A DNA stretch of 64,000 nucleotides from Veleropilina oligotropha (lineage: Eukaryota). The notes under the pieces were generated by a model that had not been told where the DNA came from, did not search any database, and was given only the letters and a program-made list of their open reading frames with translations. Shown one piece after another: positions 60,452 through 64,000 of this stretch. A program made the translations under genes and the position numbers. Numbering within the stretch: the stretch's first letter is position 1; every line of letters begins with the position of its first letter. The stretch lies in the NCBI GenBank assembly GCA_048128005.1, contig JBEUKZ010000107.1:62001-126000 (forward strand), written 5' to 3'.

Positions 60452-62693
60452 GCTAGCGGAACGAAGTGCCCAAGGGAGAATTCGAAGCCATTCCTGTTAC
60501 AAAGAGTCAAGTGGGTAAATTGAGAGCCCTCACTCTTATCCAATCGACTACTGGTGCGGGATATTTATTTTCGCATTGATAAAATGATGTTACAACGACG
60601 ATGCTTCATTTTGGAGACACTCGATTTAAGGTCTCACTCGTATCTGACCGACATACATTAGGGATGTGCCTTCTGTTAGTTGGGTAGCAATTGCAGCACA
60701 CATGCTATGTTTTTATAGTAATAATAGGACATCATTTAAGTGCATTTCGAGAGGTGATATATATCTGACAATTTCTGAATGATATATATTTCAGATTTGA
60801 GAATTAATATATTGAAGCATTTAAAGACTTTTGCGGATATATACATTTTATTATGAATTATTACGTGTATATGAGTATAATGCATTGAAATGAAAGTAAA
60901 TTTATGTGTTTGTGGCTGTCTGGCTTAGTAATGTCTGCCCAATGTCATAGATACTCAGTCAATATAGACCACTGAAAACATGACAAGGTTGATTTTTGTG
61001 GTCACAAGCCTAGAGTATTTATAATATAAGGTAACATACAATATTCAGTCAGATGCCATAGAGATAATTGATACAGGTCTGTAATTTAATATAATATGAT
61101 GATATGGTAAGTTTATAAATCTTATTAATATTGATATATTGTATTAAAGAAATTATTTCCGCATTTACCCCTCAAGGAACTCGGGACATGGTTATTTAAG
61201 ATCCAGAGTGTCAGGGTACAAAGGTTAATTTGAGTGTAATAGGCGCATCAATTATTTACAAATGTACTTAACTATATACCATACTTCTGACTGTTGTTAA
61301 TTTTGTACTCTGTGTGATACATGTACTATACTACTGGTAGTTAACTTTTATAAATATAATACATTTTCTACTACAAAGTCGAATTATTGATTTTTGAAGC
61401 TGTCACGAAAGACATTTTTATTGTGTGCAGATGGTGAAACGGAACATCTAGATGAGGTCATTGTGTTTATAATTTATGGACATAATTAAGGCATCATTCA
61501 TGTCATTCAGCGTTATCTCAGCCATCTTCTTTTAACATAAACAGTTCACAGCACCAGCGCACTCTATCTTTATGGCCAGTTAGTTCGCAGTTAATTCTCA
61601 ACAGAATAGCTTTATCCTGCTAGATAATGTTGGACTGTCAGCGTCTCAGGGGAGATAATTAAGATTACTCGAACAATCTGTGCTGGTATTTCTGAAGCAA
61701 GATATTGAACAGAAATGTTTATACATTCAAATATGAACATGACAAGCTAATGGATTGGATTTATTAAAGTAAAATAGATTGTCTAGTTTGAAATAAAAAA
61801 TGGATGATTTAATTGCTTAAAGAGATTCATAATGATAAAGTAATGATTATCGTTAATACATGTATTGAAATGCAATGTTCCATTTATATTAAAAGGGTGT
61901 CTTCATATAATTATCGGACTGTAAAGTGAGCATAAATTTGTTATGTACAATTATTTCAAGTTAATTTGGTTGCTTAATCTCAATTGTCTTATTCTATGCT
62001 CAAAATTGTACGCTCAAAATTGGTATTTAATAACATTTATGATTTAATACTTGAAAATTTTTTGTGATAATTATTAATCATAATGTAGTATAAAAGATTC
62101 ATCTTTCAAGAATTGTGAACCCAAATACGCATAGCCATTAATGAGAGACAGAAATGTCTTTTAACCAACATTTTGTTAGATTGTTACATTAAATAATATA
62201 AATATATTAAATATATAAATTTATTATATACTATATAAATAAACGCACTCTCATTGGCCAAATCCTATACACGTGACTAGTCCATAAATATCATATTGAC
62301 CATTTTTTTGGTCAATATGAAAGAAATTGGTGAATATGAACTTTCCGGAACGCCCCTTTGTATGTCGATTTTCATTGAATTGCACGTGCGACTGGAGCTG
62401 ATGTCAGTTGCAGACGACCACAATTGTTGACACATTTGAAACGACGGTTCGTTTAGCTTAATTTTCTGATGATTAAACACATTGACATACTGCGATATAT
62501 TGTTTATTTTTATGTTAATGTGCATTTCATTACTATTTTATTGTTAAATAATTGCCAATTGTTTTGGAAAATCGCATTTTGAACTTTGCAAACTATAGTT
62601 TAGTGTGGTATATATCTTGTTGACATAATGGAACTTTTAATTGACAATTACATTTATAGAACAGATATGTTTGCGGTTGAAGTATATAATAAA

Positions 62694-62837
62694 ACAGTTA
62701 TGGACTTTTTTGGTGGTGAATATGATGTGATATGAACCTAAAAAACTTATATTGACCTCGGCTATTGCCTCGGTCAATATAAGTTTTTTTTAGGTTCATA
62801 TCACATCATATTCACCACCACAAAAGTCCATAACTGT
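62694..62837. repeat. near-perfect palindrome (~65-bp arms, 14-nt loop), foldback/MITE-like element
   Basis: ACAGTTATGGACTTTT...ATATTGACC, loop TCGGCTATTGCCTC, GGTCAATAT...AAAAGTCCATAACTGT. Confidence 0.9.
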
Positions 62838-64000
62838 ATAATGTCTACATTAAAATTTGAATTTGAATTTTTTAAGATGATCATATTTGCTCTGGATGTC
62901 TTGTTGGCAGATGCTTATTTCATGTTCCTTTGTTTTTGAAACGATAGAATTATTGATCATGTAGAAAACATAGCTTTCACTGGTTACATTTTTCATGGGT
63001 CATTACGGCTAAGGTCGTTGTCATGACAACAAGAAAAGCATGACTGGAATGCTGATACAAAGGGACAATTGATATAACGTGATTAGCATACATGCTTGTC
63101 ATACACACTGCTTCTTGCTGATCACTATATTGATTTCTTATCATTTACTTTTTCTTCATAATATTTTGTACTAATTTATTGCAGCTGATTGGATAATGAG
63201 ACGTAATCTTCTTCTATGTTTTTGGACCAGACTTCTTGTCAAGTTGTCACGCAATTTGTAATTTTCATAGCATAACACCGGCAATATATTATGTCATTTC
63301 TGGGTTTTGTCCTTGATTCAATTACTGATAAAGTTCTATAATACAACACAGGAGCAATGAATTCTCCCAAGCACTGTCCAAGAAATATGTACCCTGTGAG
63401 ATGATATAAGGTGAGATATATTTGCTTCCTATTGTCAGAATAATGCAGTCACCATCTGTTTAAGAGTTCTGCATTGCGAGATGCTGGCAGATTTTAACCA
63501 AATTGCTGTGACATCAATATAATTACATGACCTGAAACATCTCGCCCTGGATCATTCCAACAGCTATCAGCAAGGATAGGCTATTTTACTTTGAATTATT
63601 AACTGCAGGAATCTCACTATAGCCTCTTATCAGATGCGAGGTAATTGTAAGTACATGTATATCCTGAAAATTAGAGATGGTCTGATGAGTGTATTGTATT
63701 TACAAAGCAGACAGCTTTTTATCCATTGTTCGACTGCACTGTTGTTGCTGCAATGATGTTATTCAATGACATGGATCTGATCTGAATGTGTTATTGCCTG
63801 GAGGGTATAAGTTACTATAACACCTAGACAAGTATCGTGTTGCTGACCCAGGTAACGGGAAAATTAATAGCCGACGAAGACAATTGTAAGCCTACAAATT
63901 ACAGGTACATGCACTCTTAAATATAATCAATATATCAGGTATACCATGGTGGTTAATTATGGAATCATTAATTAAACTATGACAAGGTTTTATTTTATGT

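Noticed and set aside
56987..60543. 18-aa repeat proteins (NTRHHKPARDNSYSDS / VTVTVVPGWLVMASIHGR)
   Set aside because: The 54-bp unit is a multiple of 3 and is open on both strands; there is no splice context, and the unit appears SINE-derived.
61431..63410. Coding exons at 61431-61456 and 63185-63410
   Set aside because: Plausible AG/GT boundaries, but the frames checked hit stops and no recognisable protein emerges.

Overview
AT-rich, intron-containing animal genomic DNA, probably a marine invertebrate (lophotrochozoan-like repeat content; the taxon is inferred, not shown). It holds two spliced host genes on the + strand. (1) The last seven exons (743-13106) of a gene whose product runs from a Glu/Arg/Lys-rich helix into a C-terminal domain resembling the dynein heavy-chain microtubule-binding domain (MTBD). 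(2) A complete three-exon TGF-beta ligand gene of the 9-cysteine activin/myostatin subfamily (30867-46209, 424 aa). The rest is mobile and repetitive DNA: a very young full-length Gypsy LTR retrotransposon with a PNMA-like gag and a -1 frameshift heptamer plus pseudoknot, an uninterrupted 5'-truncated CR1 LINE, a decayed Tc1 nested in a SINE, RTEX/L2 fragments, non-autonomous Helitrons and HINE-like elements, MITEs, palindromes, three tRNA-SINE families and more than 12 minisatellites. At least four, probably five, of the minisatellites appear to derive from different parts of one SINE family. All alignments and counts were made by eye; no database searches were run.
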